A DNA stretch of 64,000 nt, from positions 28,210,001 to 28,274,000 of the forward strand of contig CM120642.1 in NCBI GenBank assembly GCA_051362555.1, in the 5' to 3' direction. Source of the DNA: Lingula anatina (Eukaryota; Animalia; Brachiopoda). The position numbers and the translations under genes are program-made. Every line of letters begins with the position of its first letter. Within the stretch, counting starts at the first letter, position 1. Below, piece by piece: positions 53,534 through 64,000 of this stretch. The notes under the pieces were generated by a model, which had not been told where the DNA came from, did no database searches, and saw only the letters and a list, made by a program, of their open reading frames with translations.

Positions 53534-56500
53534 TAGTGAAAAGAAATTTGGATTTTAAAATGCACTAAAATGCAACATATGATTAAAGGACGCCCTGTTG
53601 TATTCATGACCTCCATCAGTTGCAGTAATAAATAGTATCTTGTTTTAGTGTGTGCTCTACTATTTACATCTTGTTTTAGTGTGTGGAGATATTCGCCTGA
53701 TGACCTCCTGCAAGGATTATCTCAGTTCGAACATGAATTATGGAAGCGGATATTACTGGATATATCCAGACAGTGGTGACATCTCCAAGCCGATACAAGT
53801 GTGTAAGTTCTCATCTGAAATACAGCTATATTTACGTAATGACAACTAGGAATGGAAGTCCGGGGTCCGATGTGATTATTCAGGTTAGGGTTAGTCGTAG
53901 TTTTAAAGTGAAGAATGACAACGATCTGGAGCTTTCGAACGTTAATTAACCGAGTACCTTTTCCCACAATTTCACAAGTATTTAAACTCTACATCTGCTT
54001 ACTGATCATGCATTAACTTGTTTTCTTTCCATTGCCTTTGCGTGATTACAAAATATTTTCCATTAGCATGTTGCCAATCACCATGCAACATTTCCTTATT
54101 AGGTAATCCCTAAGAGACTTGTTTTCAATTAAAGATATCTGAAATATTATTTGTATTACTCATGCTTGGACCTTATCCAAAACTCAGTTATCATGTGATA
54201 AACAGATGATCAAAATTAAAATATGTTATGGAATTAACCAATCACATAAACTGTTACTGACTTTGACCTTTTCCATCTTTTTCTGACACTAAAAACATAT
54301 TCTACACTTGTTGACTCTTGATGAAACTTAACTTACACTCAATAACTCCCTATCCTTTTACTCTTTTGACTCCGTTTTAATTGTCATCTGTAATTAGTTA
54401 AAGTGTAAGTCATTCGCTTTACAACAGTAGTATTGGGGTTAGATTCAGAAACCTTCGCCGGGCATCCAAAACTCGTACCTTAAGGATAGGTAAAACCAAC
54501 TCCAGAAGAAAAGTGTCATTTCTAGATGAGAGGTGTGCATAATTTTTACTATATTCATGTAGGCGCTATAAATTTGCTACGTACGCTGTTGTCGTCCGGC
54601 CCCACTTGCGTAACTGACAGCAGGGCTGCATCCATGGCTTTCCCTTTTATGGAAAAGGGGGGAGTCTATGAGGGCAGTCAGAATAAGTCGATTCGCGGAC
54701 TAACAAATCCGCGGACTAAATATGGTCGACTCACTTAAAAGTAGTGCCGACTAATTTCCTGACGGCCTCCCCGCCTCCACACGCACCGTCGCTGCAGGGA
54801 CTTTGCAATTTAACGTCGGAACCGAGATTCAATCCGTTTAATGGTGCGTGTGGAGGCGGGGAGACCGTCAAGGGGTTGCTTTTAAGTGAGGTCGGCCATA
54901 TTTAGTCTTCGGATCATCTGTTCTGAATACGCTCTATGCTAATTGTAACAAAAGACGCATATTTCATAAATGTGTTTATTCCATTCTCTCTCTCTCTCTG
55001 ATGACTCACTCCTTCCGCACACCCAAAGACACGTTTCCCCAGAAACTGATGTCCATGTACTAATCGCAGCGAAGAGGGTGCCCTTCCTTACATTCTATCT
55101 TGCATATGCTAAATGTTGCGTGCAAAATGTCCATATAACTATCTATGAAGAACGTATAAAGACTCCTAATCATTTTCCGTAATGAATCCCTTACCATAGT
55201 AATGATAGTTATAAACCACTAAATGTCAGTCTTACTATCTCATGATTAGCAATTATTCAACTGCGGTGTTTAAGTCAAAGCGTTATGCATCCACTGGTAC
55301 GAAGTTTAAATGACAAAAATATGTCCAAACTTGCTTGACAAAGAAGGCAACTTCAGTTACTATTTAATGCTGACAAAACAAAATTTTAATAAAACTTCCA
55401 GGAAAAAAATTCCTAACAAGGTGAACCTTTTGTTGGTACACACGGAGGCGCACAGATAAAATTCAGCGGAGTCGCCTGATTTCCGAAGGCGAATATGTTT
55501 AATACATTGACCCATGCAAGGAGAAATGGCGAACAAGCCACAGTTGCGGGCGCGCGTCTCCCCCTTGATCTAGCTTCACCCATGGACAGAAATTCCGGTC
55601 CCATGGAACTTCCCGTTTCGCCCTTACTTTTTCTAGACGGATGTGCCATCATCCGAGTTCCCTGATCTTCCTCAGTTGCTCCATATAATTTGGATACTGC
55701 GAGAAAAGATACAACGTACAGAGAGTGAACAGAATGTTGTACATTGAATAATAAAGTGATTGAGTATAAACGTGTCACTGTACATGGCATCTCTGTGTGT
55801 GGTCTGTCCATTTTGGAAAATGACTAGGTCGAAAAGGTTGTTTCGTTTAGGGTTGCTTAAATTGACGTGTATGTTTATGATATTAAAAGAACGGTAGTAG
55901 ACAGACTTCTTATCTAGCCAATTCTGTAGTGTAGTTCTACTTTGTTTTTTTAATACCCGTCATGATTTAATATTAAAAGAAGCAACATTCTTAAAAGAAG
56001 CAACATTCTGAGTATCAAAACAGTTTAGGCCTACTGTACTTGATGATTCCATTTCTATATGGACATGTACAACATAATATGTAGTCCACGCCTAAAGCTA
56101 ATTCTCTATTTCTAAAAATAGTAATCTGAACGCTAAGAACAGTGCTGTTCTCATTCGTACCTTCCCGTTTTCGTCTTCCTGGTGGTACCACAAAACCGGG
56201 CGTAATCGGCAACGTTCCAGTTCCCACGAGGTTGCACGTGTCCTCTACGCATGCCCATATAGGCACTTGGAAGCTGTATTCCACCGTCAGTTGACACAGA
56301 AACAACACGATAGGCTAGAAGTGGAGCATAGACGAAATAAATGAAATACGTGTGGATAACAAAACACAGGCATAGTAAATCTATTTGTGGTGATAATACA
56401 ACATTAAGAAGCTGGAATATGTGTTGATTACAAAATATAAGCCAAATAATTGATGTGTTGATAAAACAACATTAAGAAGTTAATTGTGATATAGATTGAT

Positions 56501-59500
56501 AACAAAACATACAAAGAGAATATAAGTGGATAAACTGTATGTTGATAATTGAACATAAAACCTGTAGGCAAAGTGGTTGAGCGAAGCTCTTATAATATGA
56601 ATCAAACAGTAGGATAGAGCTCAATGCTTGCGCACCTTGCAAGGAACTTAAAGAATTTCGTATGTTTTAATTGAAAGACCAATAATCTGTTCAACAGTTA
56701 TGTGCGGATGTGCGTATGTGCGTGCGTGCGAGCGAGCGAGCTTGTGTATGTAGGCGAAGTGATGGCAATTCCGCTGACATACCGTAAAGAATTCAGTGAA
56801 AGCAGTCGGCAATCCTAGACTGTTTATACCAATGCAGTCAAATGTCTTAGTATTGCAGTCTTGGTCATTTTGGCAGGCCAATCCTTGAACTGCAATGATA
56901 TGCACATCAGTAAACTTTGTGAAATCAATAAACAAAAATTAACTCTGATGTTCACAATCAAATATTGTTCTATTACCAACTGCACGTACGGATTTAAGGC
57001 CATGTAATGTAGACATACTCGGCGTAGCCTGTAGCTCGTTAAGATTTCAAAATAAAAAAAATTGTACTGACAATTTCATCGCACGCCGCCCGCCTGTATA
57101 AATGTAATCTAAGCTTTAAAATCGTGTCTATGTAATTACTCCGAGATTCTCATAAAGATACACTGTCGCACGCGACATCAACCCCTTAATCCCCAGCATG
57201 GAGCAAGGGGCGCCCAGGCACCGTTTTCATTATTATAGTGATTTAATGTATATGTTCTTTTGTGTTTAAGTAATTGCCAATGTCTGTCACTGATATAGGA
57301 TGTACCTGTCTGATATTGGTTGGGTGCGCCGCACAAGAGGAAGATAGTTCTGTTTGATTGCATGGAAGATACCATACAGTAAATAATGTTGAGGGCTGCC
57401 TATTATCAAATTCATATATTGGTAGTTAACAGATGGCTGGACAAATTTCTTCATATTTCAGCTGCCTTGTGTCAAGGAAAATTTTGGCAAAGAGATACTT
57501 AGAGTGTGTTTCACGTATCCTAAGGAAATCTGGCCACGTTTGGACATGGTGGTCGAACAGAATAAAAGGAAATGACTTGCCACAACTAGACACACACGCT
57601 TCCAAGTAGCAGATACGACCAGACGCATTCCAAGTCTTTTAGCAGGCGCATCATCATTTACTGACATATCACCGAGAAAACGGGGAAAGTCATAACAACC
57701 CCAATATTGCGCTTTAGACATTGACATAATCTTGAATCTTGAAAATTTTAACAAATCCCTTCAAAACACCAACGTTTTTACAATTTAAAAAAATTAGCAA
57801 GGTATACCATGTCAAAAACTGTTGACAATAAACCATCCATGTAAACTTTAAAATCTGACCGTCTTCCGGAAGACCCAGAGGACGGCCTCAATCCGCCCCT
57901 GGTACTACGTGTAATGGTATGAAGAGGATAAGAGGCTTGTAAATCGCAAAAATCACTTACTGCTCTGGCACCTTCCGTCCGGCAATGGCACCGCCGTGAG
58001 CGGGCAGAGACACGCCTGGAAAGAGCCGACTATTATCGGAAACAGCAGCGGGTTCCGTACACATCGGGTGTTATCGCCACATGCCAGTGGTGGGAAAATA
58101 TTGTCCGCTCCCAGTGAAGTTGAACAAGGCCGGAACAGGCTTGTGCTGTTATCGTTTGTGTACCCTGGAGAAAATAAGGAATAATCTATACAGAAAATGA
58201 CTTTTGTCTATAAAATATAACTTCTTTATTTTGAAAAGCGTGTAACAAAATGTCGTAATTTCAGACTCCAAAAAACGTGCTAAAACGTGTTCTAAAGAAT
58301 ATAAAGATAACACCGTGACGTGGCGTTTGGATATTTTTCACATTTATACAACTTCCGACATCCATGTGAGAATGTGAGAGTGTCGTCCCAACCCACCAGC
58401 TTGTAAAGTTCATGGGGACTCTCGCTGAATGTATTCTGATTAACAGATTAACACGATTCCTCTTGTTTTCAATAGACTCGTATGATCGCCAGCTTCTCTG
58501 TATTCTACTCAACCCCAGGAGGAGGCGTGTTAGTCTGTTAACCTGATTGCATTCAGCGAGAGTCCTCGTGGCGTTAGTGCACACCGGCTATTGCGACCCC
58601 ACTCATTATGAACGCCCCCATAGTTACAGTGGAGCCAAGTTGCTTACTGCGTTGTAACATTTGAGGAAGGCCTGCCTGTACATTTCTACAGTTAACAACT
58701 ACAACTTATTATCTGTACATTTAATATTCAGTTGCCAGAATAAGATCATTAATAGGCCTATAGTTGTGATGTCAAAAGAACAGCAAAAAGTTAAATTCTG
58801 TGAGTTTTCTGTAGAAATTGAAAAGCTTAACGACCCGTTTAACTGTCACGTTTTTAAGACACAAAATGGTTGGCAAAATTGTTCTGTTTCCTGCAGATCC
58901 AGATATCTATATCTACTTAATGAAGTACAGGCAAAGATAGTATACCTATAAGTGGCGGAATGTCTGCCATACTTCACCTTTAAATGATGGTCTGAAAAAA
59001 AAAGAAGAAAAAAAATCACAAATCGCTTTAATGTAAATCGAATTAAACCAAATAAACGCGTCCAGTGACAAAACGAACATACATGAAAACATGGTAATGC
59101 TAATCTTATTATATCTCTTTTTTTAAACCAGGTGTTTTTTTTTTTTTTTACATATACAGTACTTGTATTTCACATGTACAACACTGGTGAATTGTCACAA
59201 TTATCTTGTATCTACCTGCGAGAATATCTGTGCTGGCGAATACTTCGTGGTCCCTTCAAGCCCCTTAACGTCCACTGTAGTCGTTCTGGACGAGCAATAC
59301 ACGCTCTTAGATGGCAGATCTTCCTTTACCGGTAAATTTAGAGCCGCCCCTTTACTTGATTGGATGCGACCTATTTAAGAGGAAATTAACAAAAAAAAAT
59401 ATAATATTTAAATAAGCCATACACACACATATATATGCTCGTCAATGTCAACGACCCGGCTAAGATTCCCTTTTAAAATATATGATGCGGAGATATCTTG

Positions 59501-61590
59501 TATGCTAATTGCCAATATCTTGTATGGCTAATTGTGGAGCGTGCATTTAATTGCTGATAATCTCGAATATGTTAATGTCGTAAATATAGCAATTTGTATA
59601 TAGATAGGAAGCATCTTTATCATTTTAAATAGTAATTGCTTGGTCATAGCATGGTCTAAATTACGAATTATGTCCAAGGTTATGGTTATGCTTATGATAA
59701 TCCGCGGGATTGTTACCTTGGCAGCAGTATTTTAATCAAAGCGTTTTATCTTCGAATGGTCGAGAGAAACCCTAGACTCATTCTTAAGCATTTTATTTCC
59801 GTAAGTTTATGTTTACTTTTGATTTATTATCATGTATTTTATTTTCACATCAACCTTGCCAGTCCAGAGGACCTGTGACATCGGAAAATCTTGCAGATCC
59901 TCTAGCATTTCTAGCGGACATGAACAGTCGGTCACGCAGTTTCCCCATGTCTGCAGCCTTGTACATGTACCAGTATAGTTATCGATGCTAATTTACCTTA
60001 GCTCATTCTAATTTGGCGGAACTGGATAGTTTTTTATATTGATAATCAAGCGAACAATCAGAAAAGGTTTTCGTAAATAGGGAAGTCAGCAATTTTTTTC
60101 AATGAATATTTAGCACTGTTTATAATAATAATACATTTATATTTATTTAGTTTGTGATCAAGAAACAGATGGCGGAGGATGGCTCAGGTAAAAAAATCTA
60201 GAGCGATAGTTGATATTCAAGGTGGTTGAACTCCCAAGACTGAAGTGCGGAACCCTCGTGCTTTCAAAAAAAAAATAAATAAATAAATAAATAGATAATT
60301 AAATAAATAAATAAATAAATAAATATAAAAAATAGCAAATCCGAGTATGGAAGTAAAAAGAGCATAACTGTGTCTCAACTTTAATCTTATCACATATGAA
60401 GGACTTCAGATTAATTTTTTTAAAATGCACGTCAACATTTTGATTGGAACTTGACCTCGATACATGCAGCTCGATCCATATCTTGTTCATGTTTATACAC
60501 AATCTTTCTCGTTAACGTGATTTCCAGATTATATTACAAATCCGGTCCTGCAACCTGCCATAGCTATCCAGGGTTTAAATGGACAAGCGACCTTGTGAAT
60601 AGTATGGGAGTTTACCAGGGAATATCTCAGCTGGCCGTTAGCGATTCCGAGCAGACTGTTAACAGCAGTGGCTCTTGGGTACTGGAGAACGCCAAATGGA
60701 ATAGATTTGTGGCATGTGATGCCAACAAAGTATGTAGCCAGGGAGCACTGGAGGCACAGTACGGTTTCAGTGGCGATGACGTCATTGCGAATCTTGCTAA
60801 CTGTCGTACACCTACCAATTCTTCCTGGTCACAGGCGTATACTGGTAAGCATAGGTTACTGTGTGCTTTTTAATAGTGTAGACTGCATGTACGCGAAAGG
60901 GTTAACAGTCAATAAATAGAAATATACCTTTCTTCGTAGACCATGCAGTTTTGTCTTTGTACAGTGTTATGGTGGATCCTAAGATGATCGAAACTGAGGC
61001 CCCGTTAAACCATCAAACAGAGTAAGCCCACCATTCTCATCGTACAGGTTTGGGTTAGCATGACGTAAACGGGTAATGACCAATTTTTTTTTCACAGGAG
61101 GTTACGCGTTTGTGGCTGGTCGCCTGGCCACTTTTGGGACATGGAGCCGAATGCATTATGGTTGTAACACCTGGGTGAACGTAGGGGACAACACGACGTT
61201 TCGCTTTGGGGGTGGTGTGCACCACAGTGGAGAATTCGTCCACACCTCGTGCAATGATTACTATCCTAATCAAAGGAACAGCGTGACTTCCAAATGGTAA
61301 GAATGGCGAGTGTTTTCCCGTCTTTTTTGTCTGTTTTGTTTTGTTTTTGCAAGCTTACTTTAGTTTCCTCCCATCTCCAATTAGACTCCATTAGAGCCAG
61401 AACCTTATGAATTTTATAATGTCTTCTGATGGTGTCATCTACATACATACATACATACATACATACATACATGATTTCTTACTTTGGTGTGCTTATAATT
61501 TTCGTATAATTCAAGCAGGGGTTTTAGCATAAAATTAAAATATCTCTTTCCAGGAATACTGACAACGTGCGTGTCATCTGGATTCGTTAG
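52464..61590 (+). CDS. Secreted fibrinogen-domain-related (FReD/intelectin-like N-terminal subdomain) protein, 6 exons, 271 aa
   Basis: Exons 52464-52566 (signal peptide MEEAPFILCARLAVIVLVYLCTFTLQCEA), 53680-53802, 60151-60187, 60528-60844, 61098-61296 and 61554-61590 total 816 nt with consistent phases. Splicing rebuilds SCKDY..SGYYWIYP..IQVFCDQETDGGGWLRL; the protein ends VIWIR*. Confidence 0.85.
52708..53483. mobile_element. 776-bp non-autonomous DNA transposon with TA flanks (Tc1/mariner-pogo-type target) in FReD intron 1
   Basis: ~21-bp TIR GGGGAGACCGGG(G)CTAGTTGG at both ends with TA on both sides; subterminal repeats ccaact(t)agcccc. Confidence 0.82.
54671..54935. mobile_element. MITE family C copy (foldback)
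   Basis: Arms gactaaatatggtcgactcacttaaaag / ttttaagtgaggtcggccatatttagtc and cccgcctccacacgcacc / ggtgcgtgtggaggcggg; the ccgcggactaa motif is shared with 52038-52180. Confidence 0.7.
55413..58660 (-). CDS. Nested antisense gene: unrecognised cysteine-rich putative secreted precursor (~274 aa) with furin-type sites
   Basis: Four exons join in one open frame: 58164-57961 (EGF/EB-like Cys module), 56889-56783, 56314-56161 (ends PPGRRKRE), 55696-55413 (stop). All have pyrimidine-rich AG acceptors and GTAAGT/GTATGT/GTACGA donors. The first exon 58660-58585 (MLQRSKQLGSTVTMGAFIMSGVAIA, phase 1, weak GTGTGC donor) is tentative. Confidence 0.7.
56349..56560. repeat. Degenerate minisatellite (~35-40 bp unit, core tgtgttgataa.aaaaca)
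   Basis: About 6 diverged units in an intron of the nested gene. Confidence 0.6.
57850..57901. repeat. Dispersed repeat end shared with 62993-63044 (..ctgaccgtcttccggaagacccaga..cggcctcaatccgcccctg)
   Basis: Near-identical ~50 bp at two loci, both ending CCGCCCCTG; probably a transposon terminus. Confidence 0.65.
58411..58571. mobile_element. MITE family A copy
   Basis: Arms ggggactctcgctgaatg / cattcagcgagagtcc. Confidence 0.75.
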
Positions 61591-61960
61591 CAGAGGTGAA
61601 CGTGGGCACGATACACGGAAGTGTTTGATGTAATCTGCTCTAAAGATATATCTGATGCATTTTTCAAGACTGCCATTTAAAATTTACTTTAAATCAATTT
61701 TCCTATTCCTAAGATATGGATAAAATCCGGGCTTGTAAAATAGGAAAATAAACATGATTGTGCCTTAATCTTGAGCATTGCAGTTGAAATGTCATCCATC
61801 ACACAACCCACCTTTGCCTACTCCTCCGGTCCATCTCGTGGACCATCGGCTCTCTAAATCGTCCCAAAAATTTCTAGTAAACATCATCTTTGTTCGATTT
61901 AATCCACAATTTAATCAATTTAATCCACTGTCATTCTAAAGTTCAATCGCCTCGGGTCAA

Positions 61961-62274
61961 AGAGCTCATTCACATTGACACCATCGATCTACGTAGATCG
62001 ACCCAACTCCACGGGGACCCTCGCTGAATGCAAGCAGTTAAACAGATTAACACGCCTCCTCTTGTTCCCAACGTACTCGTATAATCAACAGCTTTTCTGT
62101 GTTCTGTTCAACACCAGGAGTAGGCATATCATTCAGTTAATCTCCTTTGGCGATTTCTGAAAACAAAAAAAAAAAAAAAGAAAACACCAATGGCCCCCTC
62201 TTGAAATTAGAATTTTGACCAGCTGAACCAAAGTTCTAAACCGTACCAAACGGCACCGTTCGCCCTCTAAAATA

Positions 62275-62307
<33 letters not shown>

Positions 62308-62463
62308 GGGGGGGGGGGGCGCTTAAGCGGGGGAGGGAGGGTCGGCTTCGCATCTGCGAACCCCCCTTCAAATAGTCTTGGATCCGCCCCTGATCTGATT
62401 GCAATCAGCGAGGTCACTGCGAAATTGGATTTACTTACGAAAACAGTTCATAGAAATGAGCCC
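61961..62463. mobile_element. MITE family A copy with a family B MITE nested at about 62144-62392
   Basis: Termini gagctcattc / gaaatgagccc. The right arm is split at cagttaatc | ctgattgcaatcagcgag by an element ending ggatccgcccctg. Confidence 0.72.
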
Positions 62464-64000
62464 TTACATGAAAAAGACAGCACCGAATAACCAAACAGTT
62501 TACACGGGTGAATTAATTAAGTCTACAGGTCGGTAAGTGGTGGGCGGTCTGAAAATTGCATCCACAGCGTAGCAATAACCGCAGTTTATGTAAATTCACT
62601 TTGTTCCTTTTAGTTTTAGTATAATTTTCTTTTCCCGATAGTAAATAATTTATTACTTCTGGAAAATTATTTGCTTTACTAATTTTTGGTTATTTGATTG
62701 TCTCATTTTACGTAGGCCTACTGGTTTTCTTTATGTGCATAAAAAGTCATTTTTCAAATTCCGCCTCCTTATTGCCAAAGACTGCCCAATTTCTGCACTG
62801 CTGTACCTTGCAAGACCTCTCAATATCTTTTTTACAGTGGCATCTAATACATCTTAGACACGCTTTTAATAAATTCACAAACAACAAACAGAGATATTTT
62901 CTGACAGTCTTCCAAATTATCAATGTTGTTCCATTCTCAATTTTTGACCGTCTTCCGACAGAAAAAATCAGATACGCGTCAGTGTAAATTTGAAAATCTG
63001 ACCGTCTTCCGGAAGACCCAGAAAACGGCCTCAATCCGCCCCTGACAAAGGCTGCACTAACATGAATTTCAAATGCAAATCGAAGAAAATTTTCGCAACT
63101 ATCGCATCCATCCATTGCACCCGCGGTCCAACTAGCACATTCTTGTCTAAAATGCGACCTCGAGGAAAAGAAACCTTCACGTATACCAGATCGGTTTGTA
63201 GCGAACAAATGAACGTCTTATCCATAGTTATGCTTGGATTTTGGTCGGTTGAAAATTGTTATTTTGTGCCTCAACCGAAAACCAACCGGAAGCCATAAAT
63301 TTCAAAGGGGGGAGGGGGGGTCTAAAACGTTGACTTCTTACCCCTTTATAATTAGTTGATTCAACTTGACTAACGGCATAAAATCTAAGTTTCTGAGTTT
63401 GATACAGAGCGGACCTTTACCCACCAAAAAGGTTGTTCTATCCACCCCCCCCCCCCCCCCCACACACACACACATGCTTTGGGACTCTACCATACTGTAG
63501 ATCATAGAATTAGTAGGGCCTGTGCATATTATTACACAGTACCAGTAGTATGCATGAAAATTTTAAATAGAAAATCAATCGCTGTTTTGGAGTTATTATC
63601 CATGTGAAATGCCCAGATAAGCGACCTGGTAGTATTGTGGCCCAAACCTTTCCTTCGATTAGATTTTAGTGTAACACAAACAGTTTCATACAGATGTGCA
63701 AACAAATTTCCCTCTCTTCAGACATCTGTAAGTACATTTGACCCATATGGCAACTGTTATAAAGGTAATACATGGTTGACATATGCAGACAAGACTCAAT
63801 AAAAGCTAACAACTCGACCAGAAAGTAAAGCTAAAAAGCTCCCTTTATTTTCTTTCACTAACAAATTACATTTAAAACACAGATCCAACAGAAAAATATA
63901 TATTTAATTATAATTTATACTTTCGACCACTATTGCTCTGACAAATGCTTGCGAACTCGATATTTTATAATATATGTATACTGCAGTGTAACAACGTGAC

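Noticed and set aside
55922-55935. ttctgtagtgtagt match to the tRNA-Val 5' end
   Set aside because: Only 14 nt, with no remaining tRNA body.
56349-56560. CRISPR-like repeat-spacer appearance
   Set aside because: The units are degenerate, AT-rich and intronic in a eukaryotic gene, with no cas genes; this is a minisatellite.

Overview
AT-rich, intron-rich animal genomic DNA, probably from a marine invertebrate bilaterian; it is not prokaryotic and has no CRISPR. I assembled gene models by hand from GT-AG boundaries and reading-frame phase. Left to right: (1) the 5' 11 exons of an MGAT4 (GnT-IV) glycosyltransferase on the minus strand, with an L2-type LINE fragment in intron 11. (2) A decayed tRNA-Val(TAC) cluster. 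(3) A complete 10-exon DEG/ENaC (ASIC/BASIC-like) channel on the minus strand. (4) A second tRNA-Val remnant cluster. (5) Two tandem SLC22 transporter genes; the first has three tandem copies of exon 1 and a transposon inside exon 2. (6) A third tRNA-Val cluster containing one intact gene. (7) An intronless Moody/GPR84-like GPCR. (8) A 6-exon secreted fibrinogen-domain-related gene whose 6.3 kb intron 2 hosts a nested antisense multi-exon gene. That nested gene encodes a cysteine-rich protein I do not recognise, with two furin-type cleavage sites. Several non-autonomous DNA transposons/MITEs with TIRs and TSDs are scattered throughout. No database searches were possible, so family calls rest on motif recognition.
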